A stretch of 63,833 nucleotides of DNA, the filler included. It is 5 parts of 5 records of this genome, joined end to end, with 100 filler letters (N's around TTAATTAATTAA, not from the genome) between each part and the next. Parts side by side here need not be neighbours in the genome. Positions count along the whole stretch, not along the records: positions 23,075 to 40,365 come from SRR20825010_1549; 4 more parts are not named here. One strand, written 5' to 3'. Shown piece after piece: positions 30,305-40,465 of the stretch. How positions within the stretch are numbered: position 1 is the stretch's first letter; each line of letters begins with the position of its first letter. Both the position numbers and the translations under genes were made by a program. The notes beneath the pieces are model-generated. The model was not told where the DNA came from. It saw only the letters and a program-made list of their open reading frames with translations, and made no database searches.

Positions 30305-30419
30305 CTATAAAAGTGTTTTCCCGCAAATCAATAGAATTATATCACATTTGAGATCACAAGATAGTATGAGTGAGGGAAATAGATGAGCTACGGTCATTTC
30401 CCATTATCTTTCTAGTCAA

Positions 30420-33284
30420 TCAGGGGTTTAACTCCTCCTTCAAAAACTTACTTGTAAAGCCTTTGTTTGAATTTGCTACCTCCTCCGGTGTGCCCTGCGC
30501 CACAATCTCACCTCCACCCTGACCACCTTCCGGCCCTAAGTCGATAACATGATCGGCAACCTTGATAACATCCAGATTATGCTCAATTATTAGTACCGTA
30601 TTTCCTTTTCCCACCAATTTGTTCAGTACCTCTAGCAAATGCTGAATGTCCTGGAAATGGAGTCCAGTGGTGGGTTCGTCGAGGATATAAAACGTCTGTC
30701 CGGTATCTCGTTTGGAAAGCTCTGTTGCCAATTTCACACGTTGCGCTTCTCCGCCAGATAGCGTTGTGGCGTGCTGACCAAGAGAAACATAACCTAACCC
30801 CACTTCATGCAGTGTTTGGATACGGTTCAATATCCTTGGTTGATTTTCAAAAAATTCAACCGCCTGCTCCACGGTCATATCCAATATGTCCGAAATCGAT
30901 TTCCCTTTGAATCGAACCTCCAACGTTTCACGATTGTAGCGTTTTCCTTTGCAAGTTTCACAAGGCACGTGCACGTCTGGCAGGAAATCCATTTCAATCA
31001 CTCGCATCCCTCCGCCCTGACAGGTTTCGCATCTTCCGCCTTTCACATTGAATGAAAAACGACCCGGTTTATAGCCTCGGATTTTCGCCTCCGGCAATTC
31101 CGAAAACAAAGAACGTATGTCTGTAAAAACACCCGTGTATGTCGCCGGATTGGAACGAGGCGTTCGTCCAATCGGAGACTGATCCACTTCGATCACTTTA
31201 TCCAGATGTTCCAAGCCCGACACTTCTTTATAACGAAGTGGTTCTGCTCTTGAATTGTAAAAATGTTTCCTCAAAACCGGATAAAGGGTTTCGTGAATCA
31301 AGCTTGATTTCCCACTTCCAGAAACTCCAGTTATACAGATCATTTTCCCCAAAGGAAGATTCAGCTCGACGTTTTTCAGATTATGTCCGGTAGCACCTGA
31401 CAATTTCAGAAAATCTCCATTGCCTTTTCGTCGCTCAGCCGGCACTTCAATTTTGCTTATTCCATTGAGGTAACTCGCCGTAAGGGTGTTGTTCTTAACA
31501 AAATCTGCAGGTATTTCTGCAGCAACGATGTGACCCCCATGTCTTCCTGCACCAGGACCAATATCCACGATGAAGTCCGATTGCAGCATCATGTCTTTAT
31601 CGTGCTCTACTACAATGACCGTGTTACCCAAATCGCGCAAATCCTTCAGCGCCTGAATCAATTTCACATTGTCGCGTTGGTGCAATCCGATACTTGGCTC
31701 ATCCAGAATATACAGCACATTTACCAGCTGTGTGCCAATTTGGGTGGCCAAGCGAATCCGCTGGGCCTCTCCACCAGAAAGCGTACGTAAGGAACGATTC
31801 AGACTCAAATAGCTTAGACCAACATCCAAAAGAAAGCCAAGACGCTTTCTCAATTCCTTCAGAACTTCTTTGGCAATGATGTTTTGTCTTTCAGAAAGCC
31901 GGTCTTCGAGACCATGGAACCAATCTGCCAACTCGTCAATGTTTTTATTGGCCAATTCACCGATGTTATGATCGGCAATTCTGAAATGCAAAGACTCTTT
32001 CTTCAATCGAAAACCATCGCATTCCGGACAGGTTTTGGTGTCGGTATAATCCGTTACCCATTGTCGAATCTTTTCAGACCCAGTATCTTTTTGCTTTTCC
32101 AGAAAGTTGATGATCCCTTCAAACTGGGTATTCCAATCCGTGCCCGGATATTTCACGGAAGTAACTGCCACTGGCACATTATCCCCATAAAGAAGTATGT
32201 CAATTACTTCGTTAGGAATATCAGCGATGGGCGTGGACAGATCCACCTTGTTTCGTTTAAGGATAGCCTGAATTTTCTTAAAAATCCAGATATCGCGATA
32301 TTCGCCGAGTGGAGCTATACCTCCACGACTGATGCTGAGTTCAGGGTGAGGAATAACCGAATCTCTTGAGATTTCCTCAATCACTCCCAGTCCATTGCAC
32401 GAAGGACAGGCGCCATAGGGCGAGTTGAAGGAAAAACTGTTGGGAGCCGGTTCGTCATACGAAATCCCTGATTCTGGATCCATTAGATACCTCGAAAAAT
32501 GGGCCACATTCCCTTCGGCATCCTGAACCATCAAAATACCATCGGCTTGTTTGAAAGCGGTTTCCAAAGATTGACGGATGCGTTTTTCGTCCTTTCTCTG
32601 AACTACGATCCGATCGATCACAATTTCAATGTCGTGGGTCTTGTAGCGATCCACCTGCATTTTGGGTTCTATATCAGCGATCTCTCCATCAATTCGCACT
32701 TTGGTAAAACCAAGTTTCCTGATCTGCACAAATAATTCGCGATAGTGGCCTTTTCTGCCCTTGACCACAGGCGCAAGAATGACCAACTTACTATTTTCAT
32801 AGGTTTGAAGGATGTGGTCCAGAATCTGTTCTTCCGTCTGTCGAACCATTTTCTTGCCCGTGACATACGAAAAAGCCTCTCCAGCCCGTGCATAAAGCAA
32901 ACGAAGAAAATCATAAATTTCCGTTACCGTGCCAACCGTAGACCGTGGGTTTCGTGAAGTTGTTTTCTGTTCAATGGAAATCACCGGACTCAGACCATTG
33001 ATTTTATCTACATCAGGTCGCTCCATATTACCTATGAAGGATCGTGCATAAGCCGAGAAACTCTCCATGTATCTTCGCTGACCTTCGGCATAAATGGTAT
33101 CGAAAGCCAACGAAGATTTCCCACTGCCACTAATGCCTGTGATAACCACCAACTTGTTTCTTGGGAATGTGAGATTGATATTCTTGAGGTTGTGCTCGCG
33201 TGCACCAAAAACCTCAATTACCGGATTGCCTATTTTTGGCAGTTCAATCTCTTCTACAGTACTTTCAGTCTTTTCCTTTAACAA
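30420..33284 (-). CDS. uvrA: Excinuclease ABC subunit A
   Basis: Two ABC modules (GISGSGKSS, GVSGSGKSS, LSGGEAQR) and zinc fingers. Confidence 0.98.
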   Translation of the reverse strand: MLKEKTESTVEEIELPKIGNPVIEVFGAREHNLKNINLTFPRNKLVVITGISGSGKSSLAFDTIYAEGQRRYMESFSAYARSFIGNMERPDVDKINGLSPVISIEQKTTSRNPRSTVGTVTEIYDFLRLLYARAGEAFSYVTGKKMVRQTEEQILDHILQTYENSKLVILAPVVKGRKGHYRELFVQIRKLGFTKVRIDGEIADIEPKMQVDRYKTHDIEIVIDRIVVQRKDEKRIRQSLETAFKQADGILMVQDAEGNVAHFSRYLMDPESGISYDEPAPNSFSFNSPYGACPSCNGLGVIEEISRDSVIPHPELSISRGGIAPLGEYRDIWIFKKIQAILKRNKVDLSTPIADIPNEVIDILLYGDNVPVAVTSVKYPGTDWNTQFEGIINFLEKQKDTGSEKIRQWVTDYTDTKTCPECDGFRLKKESLHFRIADHNIGELANKNIDELADWFHGLEDRLSERQNIIAKEVLKELRKRLGFLLDVGLSYLSLNRSLRTLSGGEAQRIRLATQIGTQLVNVLYILDEPSIGLHQRDNVKLIQALKDLRDLGNTVIVVEHDKDMMLQSDFIVDIGPGAGRHGGHIVAAEIPADFVKNNTLTASYLNGISKIEVPAERRKGNGDFLKLSGATGHNLKNVELNLPLGKMICITGVSGSGKSSLIHETLYPVLRKHFYNSRAEPLRYKEVSGLEHLDKVIEVDQSPIGRTPRSNPATYTGVFTDIRSLFSELPEAKIRGYKPGRFSFNVKGGRCETCQGGGMRVIEMDFLPDVHVPCETCKGKRYNRETLEVRFKGKSISDILDMTVEQAVEFFENQPRILNRIQTLHEVGLGYVSLGQHATTLSGGEAQRVKLATELSKRDTGQTFYILDEPTTGLHFQDIQHLLEVLNKLVGKGNTVLIIEHNLDVIKVADHVIDLGPEGGQGGGEIVAQGTPEEVANSNKGFTSKFLKEELNP

Positions 33285-33356
33285 GCGTTTGTATATTATG
33301 CTTTAACCCGTAAGATTGGAAACAACATTGCTAATTGCCGTACGGGATAAAGTAGA

Positions 33357-34100
33357 TTAAAAATTGGGGCTAAGGAGATACTTACTATAGAATTCATCAA
33401 TTCGTTCCACTGCCTCTTCGGCCGTATCCACAACGCAAAATAAGTCAAGGTCTTCCTTATTGATGTTATGTTCCTGATCTAAAAGAATTTTTTTAACCCA
33501 ATCGATCAATCCATCCCAAAATTTATGTCCAACCAAAACGATTGGGAACTTTCCGATTTTATGGGTTTGAATCAGGGTAATCGCTTCAAAAAGTTCGTCC
33601 AATGTTCCGAAACCACCGGGCATTACGATAAAACCTTGAGCATATTTCATGAACATCACTTTTCGCACAAAGAAATAATCGAAGTTGATCATCTTATCGC
33701 GATCTATGTAGATGTTTTCGAATTGCTCAAAAGGAAGTTCAATATTCAACCCCACAGATTTTCCATTCTGACTGTGAGCGCCTTTGTTGCCAGCTTCCAT
33801 AATCCCAGGACCACCTCCAGTGATCACACCGTAACCATGTGAAACAAGTTTGGCTGCAATTTCCTCTGCCAGACGGTAGTATCTATGATCTCTTGGGGTT
33901 CTGGCAGAGCCAAATATGGAAACACATGGGCCTATTTTCGCAAGCTTCTCGAAACCTTCAACAAACTCTGACATCACTTTGAATATAACCCACGAGTCGG
34001 AAGTTTTTATTTCATTCCAATCGCGATCTTTAAACGCTCTTCTGATTTTTTCTTCTTCGTCCCGGGGTATTTCTTCTTCTATTTTGCTCATATGAATCAA
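33357..34100 (-). CDS. LOG family protein (TIGR00730)
   Basis: FGSART, TGGGPGIMEA, PGGFGTLDELFE. Confidence 0.92.
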   Translation of the reverse strand: MIHMSKIEEEIPRDEEEKIRRAFKDRDWNEIKTSDSWVIFKVMSEFVEGFEKLAKIGPCVSIFGSARTPRDHRYYRLAEEIAAKLVSHGYGVITGGGPGIMEAGNKGAHSQNGKSVGLNIELPFEQFENIYIDRDKMINFDYFFVRKVMFMKYAQGFIVMPGGFGTLDELFEAITLIQTHKIGKFPIVLVGHKFWDGLIDWVKKILLDQEHNINKEDLDLFCVVDTAEEAVERIDEFYSKYLLSPNF

Positions 34101-34143
34101 CTATTTAATTGGGGTAATTTAATCTTTTGAATGAATTTCTTTT

Positions 34144-35049
34144 TCAACCCAGCAAATCCGTAACAGCTTGTTCAACTTTTGAGAATCGAAAATCAAATCC
34201 CGTGGATTGAATTTTGGTTGAAGAAACCTTGCTGCCCTCGAGCACGATGGTGGACATTTCGCCAAGGAGGATTTTCAAGGCTAAAGATGGAACGTTTGGA
34301 AGGAATAAAGGTTTGCCCAGTGCTTTAGAAATCGCTTTGGTCATGTCTCCATTGGTAACTGGGTGTGGAGCCACACCATTATAAACGCCCTCCAGGTTAT
34401 GGTCGATTATATAGCTGAAAAGGGCAGCCAGGTCGTGAATGTGAATCCAACTCATATACTGGCTACCGCTACCAAGAGGTGCTCCAAAATAATACCTGAT
34501 CGGTTTGGTTATTTCCATGAGGGCTCCTCCTTTATTACTCAAGACAACACCGATTCGCACTTTTGCCACTTTAGTCCTCGTTGAAAATAGATCTGCTGCT
34601 GCTTCCCACTGCTTCACCACGTCAGCCAAAAAGCCCTGACCAGCTGGTTCTGACTCATCAATTAGCCGATCAAAGGTATTGCCATAAATGCCAATGGCCG
34701 ATGCGGAACTATAGGACTTCAATTTCACATCCAGTTTTTGAACATAATCGAAAAGCAGCTTCGTCGAAGCTACACGGCTGGACAGAATCATTTTCTTTCG
34801 GCCTTCTGTCCAACGCCCGTCCGCCACACTTGCTCCAGCCAGATTGATGATATGGGTGATGCCCTCAAAAGCGTTTTCATCAATCGTCCCATTTCGTACG
34901 TCCCACAGATAGGTGATGTAGAGTTCATTGCCTGTGGGTTTTCGCCCTAAATGAACAACCTCATGGCCCGCTTCAGATAGGACCTTGCTTAGATGCATTC
35001 CCACCAAACCACTACCTCCGGTAATCAATATCTTATTCTGCATAGACAT
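34144..35049 (-). CDS. NAD-dependent epimerase-like protein (TIGR01777)
   Basis: ITGGSGLVG, NLAGA, SASAIGIYG, SWIHIHD; start at MSMQNK (35049 or 35043). Confidence 0.88.
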   Translation of the reverse strand: MSMQNKILITGGSGLVGMHLSKVLSEAGHEVVHLGRKPTGNELYITYLWDVRNGTIDENAFEGITHIINLAGASVADGRWTEGRKKMILSSRVASTKLLFDYVQKLDVKLKSYSSASAIGIYGNTFDRLIDESEPAGQGFLADVVKQWEAAADLFSTRTKVAKVRIGVVLSNKGGALMEITKPIRYYFGAPLGSGSQYMSWIHIHDLAALFSYIIDHNLEGVYNGVAPHPVTNGDMTKAISKALGKPLFLPNVPSLALKILLGEMSTIVLEGSKVSSTKIQSTGFDFRFSKVEQAVTDLLG

Positions 35050-35086
35050 ATAACCATCAAAATACAGAACCTTCCCGACAAGGCAT

Positions 35087-35110
35087 AAAAAAAGCTCCAA
35101 AAGGAGCTTT
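35087..35110 (-). terminator. Intrinsic terminator after the TonB receptor gene
   Basis: AAAGCTCC-AAAA-GGAGCTTT with an A-tract (U-tract on the minus strand). Confidence 0.7.
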
Positions 35111-35128
35111 AAATTCTTAAACCTATTT

Positions 35129-37942
35129 TCAGAAAGTGTAGGTATATTTCATAGAAACAGTTCTGCCCGGATTAAACTGGGAGTAGGTCTGATCCTGTGC
35201 CTCAAACGATTTATACACATTTTTGTTTTTTGCATCCAATAGGTTGTTCACACCCATGGTGATTCGCGTATTTCTTTCTGCACCAAAATCTTTAAACGCA
35301 TTCAGATTGAGGCTGTGAAAAGGTTTTGTATAAACATCTGGAAACCTACCCGAGCCAACGATATTGAGCGTTTCATCCTGTACGTTATAAGAGATATTTC
35401 CATTTATACTTTTATCTGAATTTGTAAAGTTTAAATAGGCATTTATCACGAAAGGCGATTGGCCAGACATTTCTCTTGTACTGTTCAGCTTTTGTCCCTC
35501 GCGAAGGTTTTCTTTTCTCAATTCGTACTCCGTTTTACCCTCTTCGTTGATAATCACCGATTTCATATCAATGGCCGATTTCACAAGCGATGCATTAGTT
35601 CCAAAGGCGATGTTCTCCGTGATGTTTTTCCTGAATTCAAACTCAGCACCAACTACAGTGCTTTCACCAGAATTTCTCGGCTTGACCTGATCCGGTGCGG
35701 TATCAAAAGAAGTCATTTCGATGTGGCCATCAAATTGCTTGTAAAAACCTGACACTGAAATCATTTCACCCTGTCCGTAGAAGAACTCCCATCTCAAATC
35801 GAAATTATTGATATGCGTTTCTTTCAAATCGAGGTTACCAATGAAGGTCCTATCTGTAATAGGGTCATAAATCTGAGCATTCGATTTTTCTTTGAAAGAC
35901 GGTCTGGCCAATGTTCTGTTGAATGATGCACGAACGTTCATTTCTTCGGTTGCTGCGAATACAAAATTCAATGAAGGAAGAATGTCAATTTTATCCAGAG
36001 TAAGCTCTTTGTCGTATTGATTTCTTCGCTGGTCTTCTCCTGTGTAATACATATCAACACTTTCTACCCGTACACCTCCAATTGTTCGTAAGCGTGGTGT
36101 AAGGCTGTATTCTGTCATGGCGTAAACTGCAAACAGGTTTTGACTGGCTTCAAAAGTTTTTGACGGTATTAAACCATCACCTCGCACATAGGTTCCTTCG
36201 TCTGTTTCAGGTGTCCAAATATTTTCAGGCTTTAAAAAGTCGTTCGGATCTCCAGTCACTTCTACAGCCCCCCGCACACGGAACAAGTACTCGATCACTT
36301 CGAAATCACGTTGCTTGAAGGAGGCTAAACCTCCCCAACGAAGTTTGTTATTATTACCCAAATCATAGGTAATATCTACTTTAGCGCTCTCGTTGTATTC
36401 AATCAAATCTCTATAAAATCGGTCTATACCTGCACCAACCCCCGTATTCAAGCCATATGTTTCGTTTCCTTCTGAATCTCTTATTACCTCTATTCGCGAC
36501 GACCTGAAATCCGGCTCGTAAATGCGTGAACCACTGACAGCACCTCTCCATTCAACCTTGAATTTATTCAAGTCATGTTTTCCAACCACAATTCCACTTG
36601 TTACAGCTCTCTGGGAGTAGAGAAGATTGTCTTTTTGCAAAGTTGACGGGTTGTCGTCAAGATTGACAGTGTAGCCATTGGTCGCTGTGGATACACCGTT
36701 CTGGGTTCGCATTAAGCTTAGTGAATAGTTGTTTTTTCCGTATTTCATAGAACCTGAAAGCAAGCCGCTCCACATGGTTTCCAGCGCTCCGATGCTATAA
36801 GTCGTAGTTTGTTCTGTGAACAATTCCGTTCTTGCTGGATCAATGTCTTTTGTAAATACACCTATTTTAACATCCTCGTTAAAGGTCTCGTTATGCTGGT
36901 AGTTAAAGATGGCATTGTAACCAAAGGTAGCACGCTTACCTTCTACTTGATTTCCATGATTTACTGAGAAGTTGTAATTCATGAAATTGGTGCTCCTGCT
37001 ACCGGCCAATGTAGGATCAAATTTTCGGGTATAGTCTTCCGCTTTGGCACCATTCTGAGAATCCAAAATATTGGGAACATCCTCTGTTTTGCCAAATGGC
37101 AATTTTCTGGTACCATCATCGAATCCAAGAAAATCAGTTTTTCCAGCGTCGTAGCTTATGAAATCTTTCTGGAAATGCATACTTGGATTAAATCCAATTC
37201 CAACAGAGATAGCAGTTTGCTTTTCCTCTGGGAAACTCTTGGTTGCTACATCTACGATCCCTCCTGTGAAATCACCCATGAGATCAGGAGAGAATGTTTT
37301 ATAAACGATTACGTTTTCAATCGTATTGGTTGGGAAAATATCCATTTGAACAGCATTTCTGTCCGGATCCAAACCAGGAATACTCATTTCATTGAGAGTT
37401 GTCTTTGTGTACCGATCTCCAAGACCCCTTACATATACATACTTGCCTCCTTGAACAGTCACTCCGGTCACACGTTTCATTGCCGCTCCCAAATCACCGT
37501 CACCAACTTTTTTGAATGACTGTGAAGAAACCCCATCAACAAGGTTTGCAGACTTCTTTTGTACAGTGAGCAATGCAGACTCTGTATTTCTCACCACCTC
37601 GGCAGTTACAACAACGGCTTCCAATTCCTCAAGGTCAGCAGCCATGTTCAAATTCAGAAAAGTAACTTCTCCTGGCTTAATCACAATATCATTTACCGTG
37701 GTGGTGGCAAAGGAAACAAAGGAAAATATTACGGAATGTATCCCAGGCTCAAGCGCCAGTGAATAATTGCCATCAAAATCAGTGACAGTTCCGTATGAGG
37801 AATCATCGACCCGAACGATTGTGGCCCCAATCAAAGCATCTCCAAATTCTGCATCAAAAACCTGCCCGCGTAAAAATCCTTTTTGTGCAAATCCGAAGAT
37901 CGTCACAAAAATAAAGAGAGTTGATAGAATGGTCTTTTTCAT
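35129..37942 (-). CDS. TonB-dependent receptor (non-SusC type) with N-terminal carboxypeptidase-regulatory-like domain
   Basis: GTVTDFDGNY, plug YVYVRGLGDRY, ARPSFKE, C-terminal YTF. Confidence 0.92.
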   Translation of the reverse strand: MKKTILSTLFIFVTIFGFAQKGFLRGQVFDAEFGDALIGATIVRVDDSSYGTVTDFDGNYSLALEPGIHSVIFSFVSFATTTVNDIVIKPGEVTFLNLNMAADLEELEAVVVTAEVVRNTESALLTVQKKSANLVDGVSSQSFKKVGDGDLGAAMKRVTGVTVQGGKYVYVRGLGDRYTKTTLNEMSIPGLDPDRNAVQMDIFPTNTIENVIVYKTFSPDLMGDFTGGIVDVATKSFPEEKQTAISVGIGFNPSMHFQKDFISYDAGKTDFLGFDDGTRKLPFGKTEDVPNILDSQNGAKAEDYTRKFDPTLAGSRSTNFMNYNFSVNHGNQVEGKRATFGYNAIFNYQHNETFNEDVKIGVFTKDIDPARTELFTEQTTTYSIGALETMWSGLLSGSMKYGKNNYSLSLMRTQNGVSTATNGYTVNLDDNPSTLQKDNLLYSQRAVTSGIVVGKHDLNKFKVEWRGAVSGSRIYEPDFRSSRIEVIRDSEGNETYGLNTGVGAGIDRFYRDLIEYNESAKVDITYDLGNNNKLRWGGLASFKQRDFEVIEYLFRVRGAVEVTGDPNDFLKPENIWTPETDEGTYVRGDGLIPSKTFEASQNLFAVYAMTEYSLTPRLRTIGGVRVESVDMYYTGEDQRRNQYDKELTLDKIDILPSLNFVFAATEEMNVRASFNRTLARPSFKEKSNAQIYDPITDRTFIGNLDLKETHINNFDLRWEFFYGQGEMISVSGFYKQFDGHIEMTSFDTAPDQVKPRNSGESTVVGAEFEFRKNITENIAFGTNASLVKSAIDMKSVIINEEGKTEYELRKENLREGQKLNSTREMSGQSPFVINAYLNFTNSDKSINGNISYNVQDETLNIVGSGRFPDVYTKPFHSLNLNAFKDFGAERNTRITMGVNNLLDAKNKNVYKSFEAQDQTYSQFNPGRTVSMKYTYTF

Positions 37943-38146
37943 AAATCAAAGTATAATTCTACCGCGAAAGTAGGGGTCACAATTAACCCCATCTCTACCC
38001 ATGAATTATCAAATATTTACCGTTTTGACTTATTTCTCGATTCCTTTAACATTTGGTTAACACGCAATTGGGATGTTTCTATAATAAACGATTCTGAATG
38101 TGTTAGAGTGCTGGTTTTAATAATTCTCGATGTTAATAATTGTGTA

Positions 38147-38199
38147 ATATGACAAAATAAAAACCCGAGCAATATGCTCGGGTTTTTATTTTGTCATAT
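38147..38199. terminator. 25-bp perfect inverted repeat (terminator/stem-loop)
   Basis: ATATGACAAAATAAAAACCCGAGCA-ATA-TGCTCGGGTTTTTATTTTGTCATAT. Confidence 0.85.
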
Positions 38200-38214
38200 C
38201 TATTTTCTAATCAA

Positions 38215-39495
38215 TTAAAGAATTCCCGCTGCAGAAGCAGCAGTCCATGTGAAGACAGATGCATCAGCACCAGTTGCTCCTGTACTCGGAGATGCGAGCG
38301 CATCAATAGCTGCTTTGTCACTAGCGATAACTGTAGCGTCAGTACAAAGCGCATTACCAGCGTCATCAGCTTTAGAATAAACTTTAAGTGCTCCAAAGTT
38401 TGAACCTGTAATCACGAATGATGCATCAAGCATATTGCCTAGAGCATCAACGATAGTTGAAGATCTTTCACATGAAGCATTGTATTCAGCTTCAAATTTC
38501 AATGTTGCTCCATCTTTATAACCTTGGAATACAAGATTGTTTAAGGTGCCTTGAGCATCTGATTTTAAATCTGCCGCAGAACCTTCTACACCATCGCTTA
38601 TCAACGTTCCGTTTTTCAACGTGAACTTGCCATCCTTTGCAGAGCTCTCAGGTCCATCGATCTCTAAACCTTCGTCCGTTCCAACACCGGCACCATGTGT
38701 AACGATGAAGTTGGTCACTGTGCCTGAGTAGTTTTGATCGATATCCACGCCATCGTCACCTTGCCATACAACCAGTAGGTTTGTTACGTTTACTGTTCCG
38801 CCGAAGAATTCGATACCGTCATCCAATGTTGCGAAGATTTCAATATTATCAATGGTTGTTCCTGATCCTACTCCGCCCAGTGTTAGACCGTTGATTTCGT
38901 TACCATCTCCAATAGTGATTCCACCATGTCTGATAGACACATACTTAAGCGTTCCTGAATTGTCGTTGTTCACAAATTCAGCGGCAGTAGTAGCTCCGTA
39001 AACAGCATAAGCTTCTGAAGCAGGCAGACCTTCTATTGAGGATTTAGTATCGCCTGTTTTCGCAGAAACAGAAGCTTTACCCAACATGATAATACCACCC
39101 CAAAGTTCGTTATCCGTTTTAGTAAGATTAGTACCCACTGACTGACCAACTTCTATATTATCAATAACTGAAGTAAAAATGATTGGTTTAGCAGCTGTTC
39201 CGATCGCTTTGATTTTACCACCCTGAGCGATAATCAAAACCGAAGCATTTTCGGCCTCACCTTCTCTCCCTTTTACAATTGTTCCAGCTTCAATAGTAAG
39301 TTCAATACCTGAAGGAACGATAACCCTTCCATCTAATTCCCAAATCCTGTCTGCTGTCCAAGTTTCGTTAGCCGTTAAAACACCTGTTTTAACTTCAGCA
39401 GATAACTCTACTGGATCCTTATCATCATCTTCTGTACAAGAAACGATGAACAACAAGCTTGATAACATAAATGTTAATGCAAATAATTTTCTCAT
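38215..39495 (-). CDS. Surface lipoprotein with probable right-handed beta-helix
   Basis: Lipobox IVSC followed by TEDDDKD; NSGTLKYVSIRHGG, EINGLTLGGVGSGT, DDGIEFFGG, DDGVDID; start placed at MRKLF. Confidence 0.8.
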   Translation of the reverse strand: MRKLFALTFMLSSLLFIVSCTEDDDKDPVELSAEVKTGVLTANETWTADRIWELDGRVIVPSGIELTIEAGTIVKGREGEAENASVLIIAQGGKIKAIGTAAKPIIFTSVIDNIEVGQSVGTNLTKTDNELWGGIIMLGKASVSAKTGDTKSSIEGLPASEAYAVYGATTAAEFVNNDNSGTLKYVSIRHGGITIGDGNEINGLTLGGVGSGTTIDNIEIFATLDDGIEFFGGTVNVTNLLVVWQGDDGVDIDQNYSGTVTNFIVTHGAGVGTDEGLEIDGPESSAKDGKFTLKNGTLISDGVEGSAADLKSDAQGTLNNLVFQGYKDGATLKFEAEYNASCERSSTIVDALGNMLDASFVITGSNFGALKVYSKADDAGNALCTDATVIASDKAAIDALASPSTGATGADASVFTWTAASAAGIL

Positions 39496-39568
39496 GATTG
39501 TTTTAGTTAATTCCTTTTTAGTTCGAGTTTGTGATAAACATTGACTCTGCAAAAGTGAAGGACTAATG

Positions 39569-39657
39569 TTAACTGGTGTGTGGCAGTTTGTTACGATATC
39601 ATTAAACTAAAATGACGTACTTTAACTCTGCTTTACCTGTGTTACCAAAGTATTAAC
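39569..39657. promoter_or_regulatory. 11-bp-spaced TTA(A)C-like direct repeats; putative PhoB/OmpR-type operator
   Basis: Motif starts at 39569, 39591, 39602, 39613; 39622, 39633; 39642, 39653, upstream of the lipoprotein gene. Confidence 0.45.
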
Positions 39658-39703
39658 TACAACCGTATGTATGAATATTTGCAAACTGTCAAAGACAGTT
39701 GGA

Positions 39704-40365
39704 TTACTTGGTTATTTGAACCTTGTTGAGAAGTGTTTTGATGATATCGTGCGTGGAAATGCCGTCCGCCTCTGCCTCATAGTTCATGAGAATACGGTGA
39801 TTGAGTACGTCATCAGCGATTTCCTTAATGTCCTCAGGAAGTACATAATCCCGCTGATCGAAAAAGGCGATGGCCTTAGCCGCTCGGTTGAGGTTGATGG
39901 AGGCACGAGGAGAAGCTCCAAACTGGATGTATTGTGCTTCTTCCGTTAGTTTATAATCTTTTGGGTTCCTTGTGGCGAAAACCAATTCAATGATGTATTT
40001 CTCCAGCGACTCAGAAATGGTCACCTGATTGATCTCATTTCTAATTGAAAAAATGTCCTTTTTGGAAAGAATGGTCTTGAGCTCTGGGGCAAACGATAGG
40101 TTGGACATCCTTCTCATCACCTCCAACTCCTCCTCCTTTGTAGTATAATCTACATGCACTTTCAGCATGAATCTATCCACCTGTGCTTCAGGGAGCGGGT
40201 AAGTTCCTTCCTGATCGACCGGGTTTTGTGTGGCCAATACAAGAAATGGCTTATCCAACTCAAAGGTAGTCTCACCGATCGTCACGGTTTTCTCTTGCAT
40301 GGCCTCCAGAAGTGCCGATTGCACTTTCGCCGGGGAGCGGTTGATCTCATCAGCCAATATAAGGT
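39704..40365 (-). CDS. MoxR-family AAA+ ATPase, 3' part (partial)
   Basis: ADEINRSPAKVQSALLEAMQE, ATQNP, EGTYPLPEAQVDRF, GASPRA. Confidence 0.93.
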
Positions 40366-40465
40366 NNNNNNNNNNNNNNNNNNNNNNNNNNNNNNNNNNN
40401 NNNNNNNNNTTAATTAATTAANNNNNNNNNNNNNNNNNNNNNNNNNNNNNNNNNNNNNNNNNNNN
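40366..40465. other. Artificial contig linker
   Basis: N44-TTAATTAATTAA-N44. Confidence 0.98.

Noticed and set aside
30725-33306. Many antisense ORFs over uvrA, and similarly over the PEPC and amidase genes
   Set aside because: Shadow ORFs with no recognisable motifs that fully overlap well-supported genes
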